Below, one piece after another: positions 26,388-39,000 of a stretch of 64,000 bases of DNA. The stretch lies in the NCBI GenBank assembly GCA_963778655.1, contig CAVZVA010000010.1:352001-416000 (forward strand), in the 5' to 3' direction. A model generated the notes under the pieces. It was not told where the DNA came from. It did no database searches and saw nothing but the letters and a program-made list of their open reading frames with translations. Position 1 is the first letter of the stretch. Every line of letters begins with the position of its first letter. The DNA is from an uncultured delta proteobacterium. GTDB lineage: Bacteria; Myxococcota_A; Polyangia; Polyangiales; JAFGIB01. A program made the translations under genes and the position numbers.

Positions 26388-26507
26388 GCGGCGCTTTTGC
26401 GAGGGACGGCCGCGCGCGCCGATCGGGGTCCGCACGGGGTCTGTGGCGGGGCCGCCCCGGCGCGGCATTTCCCCGGTGTTTTCAGCGGTTAGATGCCGCA
26501 TTCCTGG

Positions 26508-29106
<2,599 letters not shown>

Positions 29107-29140
29107 GCAGGCCATCCGTGCATGCGCGCTCGGGTGATGG

Positions 29141-29214
29141 GGATTCACAAAGAAGGCGGGAAGACGAGAAGCTCGGAGCAAGCCCTTTCTTCCCGTCTTC
29201 CTGTTGCATCTTCC
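29141..29214. repeat. REP-like imperfect inverted repeat, copy B
   Basis: GGATTCACAAAGAAGGCGGGAAGACGAGAAG ... TTCTTCCCGTCTTCCTGTTGCATC just after the gyrB stop. Confidence 0.75.
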
Positions 29215-29259
29215 GGAAGCCATTGCCGAACGCCCGCGGCCTGGGCTAGCTAGGGAGCC

Positions 29260-29877
29260 ATGCGGGAATTGCTGCGCGATGGGCCTGCCGGTGCCGAGCA
29301 TCGGGTGGTGCTGGCCCATGGCGCGGGCGCCGGCATGCGCTCGCCCTTCATGCAAGCCGTGGCCGAAGGGCTCGGCGCGCGCGGGCTCTCCGTGGTGCGC
29401 TTCGAGTTCCCGTACATGGCCGAGCGCAGCACCGGGCGATCTCGGCGTGGCCCCGGGCGCGCCGAGCTGCTGACCGGGAGCTTCATGCAGGTGCTGGCGC
29501 AACTCGGCGGCGCCGAACGATTCGTGATCGGCGGCAAGTCGATGGGTGGGCGTATCGCCAGCATGATCGCCGACGAGGTCGGCGCCCGCGGCCTGCTCTG
29601 CTTCGGCTACCCGTTCCACCCACCGGGCAAGCCCGCGGCGCTGCGCACCGCGCACCTGCGCGCGCTGCGCGCTCCGGCGCTGATCGTGCAGGGAACACGC
29701 GACAGCATGGGCACGCGCGAGGACGTCAGCAGCTACGCGCTGGCCAGCTCGATCCGCGTGCTCTGGATCGAGGACGGCGACCATTCGCTGCGGCCGCGGC
29801 GGCGCGCCGGCCAGAGTCCCGAGCAAGCGCTGCAGACGGCGATCGACGCGGCCGCCGACTTCGTACGCGCGCTGTGA
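29260..29877 (+). CDS. Alpha/beta-fold hydrolase (KANL3/Tex30-like)
   Basis: LAHGAGA, nucleophile GGKSMGG, GYPFHPPG, QGTRD, GDHSL; GGGAG RBS. Confidence 0.9.
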   Translation: MRELLRDGPAGAEHRVVLAHGAGAGMRSPFMQAVAEGLGARGLSVVRFEFPYMAERSTGRSRRGPGRAELLTGSFMQVLAQLGGAERFVIGGKSMGGRIASMIADEVGARGLLCFGYPFHPPGKPAALRTAHLRALRAPALIVQGTRDSMGTREDVSSYALASSIRVLWIEDGDHSLRPRRRAGQSPEQALQTAIDAAADFVRAL

Positions 29878-29889
29878 GCCGGCTGTCCC

Positions 29890-29976
29890 GGAGATTCAAC
29901 AGGAAGCCCGAAAGACGGGAGGAACGACAACTTCCATCCGGACTTCCCGTCTTCCCGCCTTCCTGCGGTTGTCTCC
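29890..29976. repeat. REP-like imperfect inverted repeat, copy C
   Basis: GGAGATTCAACAGGAAGCCCGAAAGACGGGAGG ... CTTCCCGTCTTCCCGCCTTCCTGCGGTTGTCTCC between convergent genes. Confidence 0.8.
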
Positions 29977-30044
29977 TTCTCTACGACGCAACGCGGCGAT
30001 CCGTGCAGCGCGAAATACGCTCGGCTCGAGTGTGGCCTCGGGCG

Positions 30045-31496
30045 TCACGTCCGCGGCGGCGATTGCAAACGGCTCTCCATCACTGCGATGGCCAGGCGGG
30101 CGAGCAGCTTCGCGTGGATCTGCCCGAAGGCGCCGTTGGACATCGCGACCACCGTGTCACCGGGCTGAGCCAGCGCTGCGATCCGCTCCACGATCGCATC
30201 GACCCCGTCCGGAGTCTCGGCGCTGCCGCCGCGCGCACGGATCTCAGCCGCGACCGCGGCGATGTCGAGCTTCTCTGCGTCCGCGATCTCCGCGCGTCCG
30301 ACCGGCGCGAGCAGCACCACGTCGGCGGCGCGAAACGCGGGCGCGTACTGCGCCTGGTGGAGCCTGCGCGACGCAGTCGCGCTGCGCGGCTCGAACACCG
30401 CGAACAGCTTGCCCTGCGGGTGGCGGCCTCGCAGCGCGTCGAGTGTCTCGGCGACTGCGGTCGGATGGTGCGCAAAGTCGTCGTAGACGCGCACGCCGCG
30501 CGCCACGCCGCGCAGCTCCTGCCGCCTGCGCACGCCCGAGAAGCGCGGCAGCGCACCCGTGAGCGCGTGCACCGGCGCGCCCGCGCCCTCCGCTCCCATT
30601 GCGATCGCGGCCAGCGCGTTCTTGACGTTGTGACGGCCCGGCAGTGGCGACAGCACGCGCCCGCAGCTGCTGCCGCCGAAAAACAGGTCGAACGGCTGAA
30701 ATCCCGGTTCCGGGCGCGCGGGCGCCGCGAGCCATTCGGGCGCGATGCCGGCGGTGTCCTCACCTTCGAGTGCGAAGTAGCGTACCGGACAGGGCGCCCG
30801 CGCCGCGACCGCTCGCACTTCCGGGTCGGCGGCATTGGCGATCAGCAGCCCGTCCGCAGGCAGCAGCGCCACCAGCTCGACGAACGCGGCGCGATAGGCC
30901 TCGAGCTGAGGGTAGATGTCGATGTGGTCGTGCTCGATCGCGTGGATCAGCGCCACCTTGGGGACGTATTGCAGGAATTTGGGCGACTTTTCGAAAAACG
31001 CGCTGTCGTATTCGTCGCCCTCGATCACGAACGGCCCGCCGGCTGCGCCGGCGCGGAAGCTCTCGGCGAAATCGCCTGCAATCCCGCCGATCAGGAAGCC
31101 CGGAGCGAGCCCCACCGCGTCCAGCAGGAAGGCAAGCAAGGCGGAGGTCGTGGTCTTGCCGTGGGTGCCGGCGATGACGAAGCTGCGGCGCTGCTGCAGG
31201 AACATGGCGCGCATCGCGCCGGGAAACGACCTGTACGGGAGGCCGCGTTCGATCGCCGCCCGGGCCTCGGGATTGTCGGGACGGCACACGTTGCCGATGA
31301 CCACCAGATCCGGCGCCGGCGTCAGGTGCGCAGGGTCGAAGCCGGAGCGCGTCTCGATACCCCAGCGTGCCAGTGCCTCGCCCATCGGCGGATAGAACGC
31401 GCTGTCGCTGCCGGTGACGCGGTGGCCGGCTTGTTTGAGCAAGCCGGCGAAAGCCCCCATGCCGGTGCCCGCCACGCCGATCAGATGAATGTGAAT
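30045..31496 (-). CDS. mpl: Murein peptide ligase (Mpl/MurC family), probable ATT start
   Basis: IHIHLIGVAGTGMG, GSD..FYPPM, AGTHGKTTTS, EGDEYDSAFF, DHIDIY, DDFAHHPTA, FEPRS, MSNGAFG. GGAGGG lies 6 nt before ATT 31496. Confidence 0.9.
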   Translation of the reverse strand: MHIHLIGVAGTGMGAFAGLLKQAGHRVTGSDSAFYPPMGEALARWGIETRSGFDPAHLTPAPDLVVIGNVCRPDNPEARAAIERGLPYRSFPGAMRAMFLQQRRSFVIAGTHGKTTTSALLAFLLDAVGLAPGFLIGGIAGDFAESFRAGAAGGPFVIEGDEYDSAFFEKSPKFLQYVPKVALIHAIEHDHIDIYPQLEAYRAAFVELVALLPADGLLIANAADPEVRAVAARAPCPVRYFALEGEDTAGIAPEWLAAPARPEPGFQPFDLFFGGSSCGRVLSPLPGRHNVKNALAAIAMGAEGAGAPVHALTGALPRFSGVRRRQELRGVARGVRVYDDFAHHPTAVAETLDALRGRHPQGKLFAVFEPRSATASRRLHQAQYAPAFRAADVVLLAPVGRAEIADAEKLDIAAVAAEIRARGGSAETPDGVDAIVERIAALAQPGDTVVAMSNGAFGQIHAKLLARLAIAVMESRLQSPPRT

Positions 31497-31537
31497 CGCA
31501 GTCCCTCCGCGCTCCGGCCGTAACCGGTGTGGGTGGA

Positions 31538-31546
31538 AGCATACCA
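31538..31546 (-). promoter_or_regulatory. Extended -10 promoter for mpl
   Basis: Minus strand TGG-TATGCT about 40 nt upstream of the ATT. Confidence 0.55.
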
Positions 31547-31562
31547 GAGCGCGAGGCCTAGG

Positions 31563-31590
31563 TTGACTTGCAGGGCGCGGTGTCCATACT
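31563..31590 (+). promoter_or_regulatory. Sigma70-type promoter for the 48-aa ORF
   Basis: TTGACT-N16-CATACT, ending 17 nt before ATG 31608. Confidence 0.55.
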
Positions 31591-31607
31591 GAGTTACAGG
31601 CGTCGAG

Positions 31608-31754
31608 ATGAGCAGGCAGCAGCGCAGCAAGAGACCTTTCGCAGAGCGCATCAAGGACAAGATCAAGACCTTGCTCGACGATCTGGTCGAAGCGCTGGAC
31701 GGCATCTTGGAGCCCGAGCCGCAGCCGGTTCCGGTGCGCGTCCCGCGCCCGTGA
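31608..31754 (+). CDS. 48-aa small protein, absent from the ORF track
   Basis: MSRQQRSKRPFAERIKDKIKTLLDDLVEALDGILEPEPQPVPVRVPRP*; mostly G/C third positions, own promoter, amphipathic helix followed by a Pro/Val tail. Confidence 0.65.
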   Translation: MSRQQRSKRPFAERIKDKIKTLLDDLVEALDGILEPEPQPVPVRVPRP

Positions 31755-31944
31755 GTCTCAGCTTTCGGCGGGCACGGCGCGCAGCGCGCTGAACGTCAAG
31801 ACCGAGCCGCAGCGCGCGAGCGCCTGCCGCAAGCGCGGCCCTGCCGGCGTCTCTGATCTAGCGCGCGCCGCATTCGACCAGCACCTGCTGAGCGGTTGCA
31901 TGCACAGATGCGGAGCGCCGAGGCGCTCAGCGCATCCTCGGCGC

Positions 31945-32289
31945 TCAGCGAGCTGGAGCGCTCCTCGCCTTGTTGGTGAAGCGCATCCGCAGGTCGAACA
32001 GCACCTGGTGCAACAGCCGCTCTTCCTCGCCGGTGAGGTTACCGCGCGTCTTCTCCTCCAGAATGCACAGCATGTCGATGGTGTGGCGCGCCATCGGCAG
32101 ATTGGGCTCACCTTGGCCGCCCGCTTCGGGCGTCTCGCCCAGGTGCATCAGGGCCGAGGTGTTCAGAGACAGCACCAGGATGTTGAAATCGATCGGCGCG
32201 ATCCGGCTCGCCGCCGACTCGAAAGCGGCCTCGTCGGGGTCGCGCTCGCTGGGGTTGTCTTCGTCCTGGCTCACGGCTGGGAGCTCCAT
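31945..32289 (-). CDS. DUF1844 domain-containing protein
   Basis: IDFNILVLSLNTSALMHLG...NLPMARHTIDML.ILEEKTRGNLT.EEERLL..VLFDLRMRF. Start ATG 32289 or GTG 32274 (GGAG RBS). Confidence 0.85.
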   Translation of the reverse strand: MELPAVSQDEDNPSERDPDEAAFESAASRIAPIDFNILVLSLNTSALMHLGETPEAGGQGEPNLPMARHTIDMLCILEEKTRGNLTGEEERLLHQVLFDLRMRFTNKARSAPAR

Positions 32290-32305
32290 CGTCGCGGCGC
32301 GACGT

Positions 32306-32653
32306 TCACAGCGACGGCAGCGGGGCCTCCTCCGCATCCACGCGCGGGGCCTCCTCCGCATCCACGCGCGGGGCCTCTGCCGCGTCCGCGCGCGGAGCCG
32401 CTGCCGCGTCCACGCGCGGGGCCTCTGCCGCGTCCACGCGCGGGGCCTCTGCCGTCTCCAGCCGCGGAGCGCCGGAGCGCAGCCCGCTGGAGGCCGCGGC
32501 TACCACCGTGCCGTCGCCGGAGGCTCGCGCGATCGACCCGCTCAAGTCGGGAAGCGCATCCAGCCTGCGCCGATACTCGGCGGCACCGAGCTTCCCGTTC
32601 TTGATATTCCTTTCCACCACGCGCTTGTCGATTAGGAAGTCGTCCAACGTCAT
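32306..32653 (-). CDS. Hypothetical protein: compact N-domain plus acidic octapeptide-repeat tail
   Basis: GGAGGAG RBS before ATG 32653; MTLDDFLIDKRVVERNIKNGKL...LDALPDLS, then about six APRVDAxE repeats. Confidence 0.75.
   Translation of the reverse strand: MTLDDFLIDKRVVERNIKNGKLGAAEYRRRLDALPDLSGSIARASGDGTVVAAASSGLRSGAPRLETAEAPRVDAAEAPRVDAAAAPRADAAEAPRVDAEEAPRVDAEEAPLPSL
32321..32470. repeat. 24-bp in-frame tandem repeat, about 6.25 copies
   Basis: Unit CGGGGCCTCCTCCGCATCCACGCG; the first two copies are identical and the rest diverge. Confidence 0.9.
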
Positions 32654-32676
32654 CAGCCAACTCCTCCGACCGCCAG

Positions 32677-32704
32677 AGTGTAGGTAAGCACGGTCCTCTG
32701 TCAA
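32677..32704 (-). promoter_or_regulatory. Near-consensus sigma70 promoter
   Basis: Minus strand TTGACA-N16-TACACT upstream of the RBS and ATG 32653. Confidence 0.65.
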
Positions 32705-32899
32705 CGCGCCCCGCCCGACGCGCATGTCGCCGCGCTCCGCCGTGCTCGAGGACGCGGCCCCGCAGCTTTGCTCCTCGCACGCCTCGCGCTCTGCCGCAAG
32801 CGCAGCGAGCCCCACGCGCGGATGGGCCGGTTGGCACTACTGTTCCCAGTCCCATCGCAGTCGCCTTTCCACGCGGGACGGGCGCGTGCCCCCTCGCGT

Positions 32900-35800
32900 T
32901 CAAAACAACCCGATCGAAAAATGCACGGCGTTGCTTCGCTCCAGGAGCGCCTTGCGCGGGCTCAGGTTGAAACCCCAGTCGAGCGCAAGCGGCCCGACCG
33001 GGGTGCTCAGCCGCAGGCCGAAGCCGGCGGTGGGCCGCAGCTTGAACGGGTCCAGATTCGCGGCATCGGCCCATAAGTTACCGAGGTCGCTGAACACGCC
33101 GCCGTGTAGCTCGTGGTAGATCGGAAAGCGCAACTCGCCGCGCACCAACACGAACGCGTCGCCGCTGCGCACGATTGCGTTGGGGTCGAGCTTGGGGTCC
33201 TTTGCGATCTGGTCGGCGACGTCCTGTGGGATCATCTCGTCTTCCAGATAGCCGCGCACCGTCTCCACGCCGCCCAGGAAGAACGCGCGGTTGGGGTAAG
33301 TCTGCGAATCGCTGGTCAGGTGGAAGATGCGGCCCACGCGCACCTGGCCGGCCAGCACCAGGTCGCGGCCGAGCGGCACATAGCCGCTGCTGGTCACGCT
33401 GAGCTTCAGAAAGCGGCTGACGAAGTCCTTCATCGTTTCCTCGCTCTGCTGCCCGTTGAGCGTGCGCGCCAGCTCGAGGCCGGTGGAGAGGAAGTAGCCC
33501 CGGGTGGGCGTGAAGGGGCTGTCCCGCCGGTCGTAGCTCACGGTGGAGCGCGCCCCGATCAAGGTGGAGGCGCCTTGTGGAACGCGCAGCAGCCGGCGCA
33601 GGCGCGGGCTGGTCACGGTCTTGAGGTAGTCCGCCAGCGCCCCGGCCACGAACAGATCGACGTTGTTGTTCTCGAGATCACCGCCCAGGGTGACGGTCAG
33701 GTTGCGCAACGGGGTGTGGGCAAAGGTCAGACCAATCGCGTTCTGATCGAGCCCGAAATCGCGCTCGTTGTCGCGCACATGCACCAAATCGAGCGAGGTG
33801 CGGACACGGCCGAAGCCCGGCAGGCGCGGAATCGTGGTGTTGAGCGAGACGCGACGCTCGAGCCGGTCCTGCACGTCGAGCTGGGCGTAGCGCTCGGCCA
33901 CCACCGGGTCGACGAAAAACACCTGATAGGCGAACTGCACCCGCAGCGTGAGCCCGACCGCCTGGCCGAACAGGTCGCGATAGCCGTACTCGAAACCGCT
34001 GCGGATGCCCTGTCCCGAGCTGAGGCCGGCGCTGAAGCCCAAGAACTGGCTGCGCCGCTCGCTCACCGTCACCAGCACCGATTTGACCCGCGCGGGCAAC
34101 TCGGGATCCTGTAGCGCGACCGACACGCCGGTGAACACGCCGAGCGTGCCGAGCTCGCGCTCGCTCTCGCGCGCCAGCGAAGGCCGGAACAGGTCACCCG
34201 GCTCGAGCTTGAGCGTGCGGCGGATCAGAGTCGGGCTGGTGCGGTCGGCCCCCTGGATCACGATGCGGTCGATGTAGACGGGAAAGCTCTCCACCACCTG
34301 CAGATCGACCTTGGCGCGCGTGCGGTCGCCGCTGAGCTCCACTTTGGGCTCGACTTTGGCGAACGCGTAGCCCTTCTCACGGTAGGCATCGAGCATGCGT
34401 CGGCGCGCTTCCTCGAGCGCGACGTAGCTGAACGGCTGGTTGCTCTGCAAGCCGGCCGCGAGCAGCAGCTCGCGCGGCGAGATCGCCTCGGCGCCGCGGA
34501 TCGAGACCTCGTAGAGCAGGGTGCGCGGCCCCTCCACCACCGAGATCAGCACCGCGGCGCGATCCTTGCCGATCAGCTGCAGCTCGGGCGGGTCCACCTG
34601 GACCGAGAGATAGCCGTCGGTGTGGTAGAGCTCGACGATGTGGTCGATCGCCTTCTTGTACGCGGGCTCGTAGTAGAACTGCTCGGGGTTGGTGAGCGGC
34701 GGGCGTGGCACGTCGCGCTTGCGCCCCGCGGGCTGGCCCTGCAGCATGCGGTCGACGACCTCGGAGTCGACCGGCGCGGCCAGGGTCGATCCGGGCAGGT
34801 CCTCAGACAGGTAGGAGAAGAGCTGGTCGCGCAGGAAGTCGCGGCTGAAGTGGCGCGCGCCCGCGAAGCTGACCGCGACCACCCGCAGCTGCTTGCCGGC
34901 ATCGATGCCGATGAACAGCACCGCAGTGCCGGGCTTGCGGCCGCGGTAGGTCTCAATCTGGGCCTTGGTTCCGCGGTAGCCGTGGCGCGCGTAGAAGTCC
35001 AGCAAGCGCTCGGCCAGGCTGTGGCGCAGCAGCGTCGGGGTGAGCCGCTCGCGCTCGACCCCGAGCAGATCCACAATCTCGCTGCGCGAAAACGGCTCGT
35101 TGCCGGCAACCACCACGCGGTAGCGCGGCCCCAGCCGCGACGGGATGGCTACGAACGCGGACTCGCCGCGCACGGTGACCAGGGGCGCGCCGAGCGCCGC
35201 GGCCAGGTAGCCGCGCTGGCGCAGGAACGCCTCGGCCTTGGTCACGTCGTCGGTCAGCTTGTGGCGGTCGAGCACCGAGCCCTCGGCGCTGTCCATCGCC
35301 CCGAGCACCGCGACCGGATCGAGCGGTTGGTCGCCTTCGAACCGGATCGCGGCGATACGGGTGGGCGCGCCTTCCTCGATGCGCACCATCAGCACCTTGC
35401 GCGCGGGGTCGTCGGTGTCGCGCAGGGAAACGTCGACCTGCGCCTGCAGGTAGCCGTGCTCGGCGTACAGCCCGGCCACCGCGCGCGAGAGCTGTGGCAG
35501 CTGCTGGGTCGACACCTCCGAGCCCGCCGACAGGCCCAGCGCCTCTCGGATCGCCTGCTCGTCCAGGCGTCGATTGCCCGCTATGTCGAGCCGGTGCAGC
35601 ACGATGCGCGGGGTCAGCCACACCACCAACTTGACCCCTCCCGGAACCGCCGCGCCGTCGACCTGCACGTCGGTCCAGCGCCCGCTCGCGAGCAGGCGAC
35701 GAATCGCCGCACGCACCACCGCGCGGTTGAGCGGCGCGCCGAGCGGGACGCCGGCATCGCGCGCCGGGGCGATGGCGGCGGCCTCGCCCGCGATCTGCAC

Positions 35801-35920
35801 CTCGACGATCGGCTGTCCCAGCAGCTCCCGCGGCACGTCGGCGCGCGCCGCCGGCGCAAGCCAGAGCGCGGCCGCCAGCAGCGACCCGCAGAGCACGGGC
35901 AGACGCAACGCTCTGGACAC
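32900..35920 (-). CDS. Omp85-family (BamA/TamA) outer-membrane protein with many POTRA domains
   Basis: Signal peptide, repeated POTRA-like units (I...GN...Y...GYL.A.V), barrel with FFLGG..VRGY, GLRLSTPVGPL, terminal HFSIGLF. Confidence 0.9.
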   Translation of the reverse strand: MSRALRLPVLCGSLLAAALWLAPAARADVPRELLGQPIVEVQIAGEAAAIAPARDAGVPLGAPLNRAVVRAAIRRLLASGRWTDVQVDGAAVPGGVKLVVWLTPRIVLHRLDIAGNRRLDEQAIREALGLSAGSEVSTQQLPQLSRAVAGLYAEHGYLQAQVDVSLRDTDDPARKVLMVRIEEGAPTRIAAIRFEGDQPLDPVAVLGAMDSAEGSVLDRHKLTDDVTKAEAFLRQRGYLAAALGAPLVTVRGESAFVAIPSRLGPRYRVVVAGNEPFSRSEIVDLLGVERERLTPTLLRHSLAERLLDFYARHGYRGTKAQIETYRGRKPGTAVLFIGIDAGKQLRVVAVSFAGARHFSRDFLRDQLFSYLSEDLPGSTLAAPVDSEVVDRMLQGQPAGRKRDVPRPPLTNPEQFYYEPAYKKAIDHIVELYHTDGYLSVQVDPPELQLIGKDRAAVLISVVEGPRTLLYEVSIRGAEAISPRELLLAAGLQSNQPFSYVALEEARRRMLDAYREKGYAFAKVEPKVELSGDRTRAKVDLQVVESFPVYIDRIVIQGADRTSPTLIRRTLKLEPGDLFRPSLARESERELGTLGVFTGVSVALQDPELPARVKSVLVTVSERRSQFLGFSAGLSSGQGIRSGFEYGYRDLFGQAVGLTLRVQFAYQVFFVDPVVAERYAQLDVQDRLERRVSLNTTIPRLPGFGRVRTSLDLVHVRDNERDFGLDQNAIGLTFAHTPLRNLTVTLGGDLENNNVDLFVAGALADYLKTVTSPRLRRLLRVPQGASTLIGARSTVSYDRRDSPFTPTRGYFLSTGLELARTLNGQQSEETMKDFVSRFLKLSVTSSGYVPLGRDLVLAGQVRVGRIFHLTSDSQTYPNRAFFLGGVETVRGYLEDEMIPQDVADQIAKDPKLDPNAIVRSGDAFVLVRGELRFPIYHELHGGVFSDLGNLWADAANLDPFKLRPTAGFGLRLSTPVGPLALDWGFNLSPRKALLERSNAVHFSIGLF

Positions 35921-36087
35921 TCGCGCCGAAGCCTATACCACGACGCGCGCCGGCGTGGACGTACCACGCAACCCGCTACCGGGTCGTCCGACAGCCGCCG
36001 TCGGCCGCAGCTCGAGTCGTACCAGCAGAAGCGCCGCCACCCGGGCATGTTCGCGCGCCTGCTACGCGAGCAACTGCTTTCTCGGAT

Positions 36088-39000
36088 TTAGTCGAATTCC
36101 AGCCGCCACTTCAGATCCACGCCGACGTCGCCGAGCTGGGAGGCGCTGGTGGTGTTCTGGTTGTTGTAGACGGCCTGCACGCTGGTCTTGTCGTTGAGCT
36201 CGAGCTCGAGGCCGGTCTTGAAGTCGCGCGATTCGGCGATCCCGGTCGAGGCGCTCAGGCGCACGTTTTCGGCGATGCGCTTGCCGATCACGAGCTGCGG
36301 CTCGGTGCGGTTGGTGCGCTCGGAGTAGGCGCTGGCGATGTGGAAGTCGTCGATCTGCGGCAGCGCGCGGTGCACCTCCCCGCTGACCCCGGTCACCGTG
36401 GCCAGCGCCTCCAGCGCGGCGGTGCTGGCGAGCTCGCTGGTCTGCAGCTGCGCCAGCTCGGCGTGAGTCATGCCCACGGTCAGCAGCAGCGCGATGTCGT
36501 CCTCCGACAGGTAGGGATCGCTCGAGAGCTCGAACTGGAAGTGATCGCGGCTGCCGAAGGCGTGGATCTCGATGCGCCAGTCGGAACGGTCGGCGGTGCG
36601 CCGCACCTCGGTCGTGGCGCGCAGGTCGAAGCGCGGATCGATACGCGTCTCGTCGTCGAAGTGCACGTCACCCTGGCGGATGTCGAAGGTGCGCTCGCGG
36701 AAGCGGATCTTGCCCTTGCGCACGCTCATGCTGCCGACCACGCCCAGGCGTTGGTCGGTGCCGACCAGCCGGAACGGCAGCTTGTCGGTCTCCAGGCGCA
36801 GCTCGGCGTCGATCAGGTTGTTGTTGATGCGCAGCGGCTTGGCCTGCTCGACCTCGAAGTCCACCGCCAGCATGTCCAAGCGCGGGTCGTAGCTCGTCGT
36901 GGCCGCACGCTCGGGGGCGGCGATCTCGCCGATCGTGCGCTCCATCTTGATCGGACGCTTGTAGGTCAGCTCGTCCAGACGCAGCTTGCCGCCCAGCAGC
37001 GGCAGGCGGTCGCCCTGCTTCCAGCTCAGCCGCCCGCGGCCGCCGAGCTTGAGGTCGATGCCATCGCGCGGGCTGAACGCCATGCCCGTGGCGTTGATGT
37101 CGATCGCGTAACTGCCGATGCTGCGGCCTGCAAGCTCGGCCGCGCCGCTCCACTCCACCTTGCCGCCCGCCACCTTGGCCGAGAAGTCCTCGAGCAGCAC
37201 CCGCCGCTCGCTGAAGGTCACCTTGCCGCTGACCTCGCGCACCGCCTCCGGGAAGGACGCCACGCGCAGCGCGGCGTCGCGCACCACGGCCTGCCCGTAG
37301 ACCGCCGGCTGCTCCAGCGGCCCGCTCACGCGGAAGCTCGCCGCCAGCGTGCCGGAGGCCTCGGTCACGGTGCGCGACAGGGTCGAGAGCAGGCCCAGGT
37401 CGACGCTGCCGTCGAAGCTCAGCGCGAGCCCGCCCGAGAGCGAGCCGCCGCCGCTGATGTCGAGCTCGGACGAGGGCCCGGCCAACTTCGCGCTCACCAC
37501 CTCGAAGCTGCCGTGGTCGAAGCGCACGTCGAGCGGCCCCTCGTTGCGCAGCTCGACGTCGGTCTCGCCCACGCGCAGCTGCCGCAGGCGCAGCTCGCCT
37601 GCGAGTGTCTCGAGCTGGCCGAGCGAGCCGTCGCGCAGCGTGAGCGAGCCGCTGGCGGTGCCGTGCAGCGGCTGGTGCGCGCGCGCGCGCGGCAGAAAGC
37701 GCCCGAAGCTCAGGCCGCGCAGGCCGATGCGGCCGCGCAGCGGGTGCTGCTCGGTGCGGCCGATCGCCAGGTCCACCTCCAGCTTGTCGTCGAGCGCGTG
37801 CCCGCACACCACGAACGCCATCGGCTGATCGAGCCGCGGCTGCGGGCCCTCGCTGGTGTGCAGCGGCGGGTCCTCGGGCCAGACCCCGCGCGCCAGGCCC
37901 TCGCGCGCGTGGCCGCAGGGCGCGTCGGCCGGCGGCGCGCCCTCCTTCCAGCGTAACGCCTCGGCGATCCACGGGTCGTTCTTGTCGGTCAGGCGCACGT
38001 AGGCGCGGCCGTCGCCGATCGGCTCGCCCGAGAGCCGCAGCCCGGTGCCGGTGAGCTCGAGGTCGGCGCGCGGGTCGGCGGCGGTACCCTTGAGCGTGCC
38101 GGTCACCGCCAGCGAGCCGTCGAGCGCGGGCAAGCGGTCGCGCAGGCCCTCGGTGTCGTGGACCGCGAGCTGGTCGCCGAGCACGACGAAGTCGAGCAGC
38201 CCGCCCGGGCGCATGCGGCCGGACAGGTTGAGCGTGCCCTTGCCCTTGCGCAGAGACAGCCGCTGCACTTGCAGGTCGCCGCTCTTGTAGCCGAGGGTAT
38301 GGTCCAGCCAGGTGAAGCTGCCCGCGAAGCGACCGTTCTCGAACGCGTAGCCATCGAGCGTGGCCTCCGGGATGGCGAGGTCGAGGGCGGCGTGCATGGT
38401 TCCGTTCTTGGAATCGCCCGGGTAGCCCATGGTGTAGCCGATCGCGACATCGCCGCTCACCACACCCTGATAAGGCTCGTAGCGCTCGTCGCCGTCGTAG
38501 TGGAAGATGCGGTAGAAGTCGGCCAGCTCCAGCCGTTGCAGCGAGAGCGCGCCGCCGGTGCGGAACGCGTCCTTGCGGAAGTCGAGGAAGCCGCCGTCGA
38601 TGGCGTAGCGGCTCTGGTTCTTGGTGGCGTCGATGTGCGGGAAGCGCACGCCCATCAGATCGCGATCGACCTCGAACGCCGTCTGCACGTCGCCGAAGTC
38701 GAAGCCGCCGAAGCTGTAGTCGGCGACCTTGACCTGGCCACGCACCACCGGGTCGGAGAAGGTGCCGGAGACGTCGGTGGTGAAGCCGCCGTGCCCGCCG
38801 ATCGGCAGGTCGATCAACGGCGAGCAATCGGCGAGGTTCCAGTCGAGCCCCTGGGCGTGAACGCGCAACACGTTGTCGAAGCCGAGCAGCACGGTGGCAT
38901 TGAGCCGAGAGCGCGGCAGCTCGATGTCGATGTCCTGCAGGTGGATCCCGTCCGGGCGCACCATCACGCCGCCCACCAGCTTGGCGCTGCTGACGCCGAG

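Noticed and set aside
32321..32470. 24-bp repeats as a possible CRISPR array
   Set aside because: The repeats are head to tail with no spacers, lie in frame within a CDS, and no cas genes are present.
35984..36091. Plus-strand coding-looking stretch (PQLESYQQKRRHPGMFARLLREQLLSRI*) between omp85 and tamB
   Set aside because: It has no credible start or RBS, no recognisable motif, and is too short to support.
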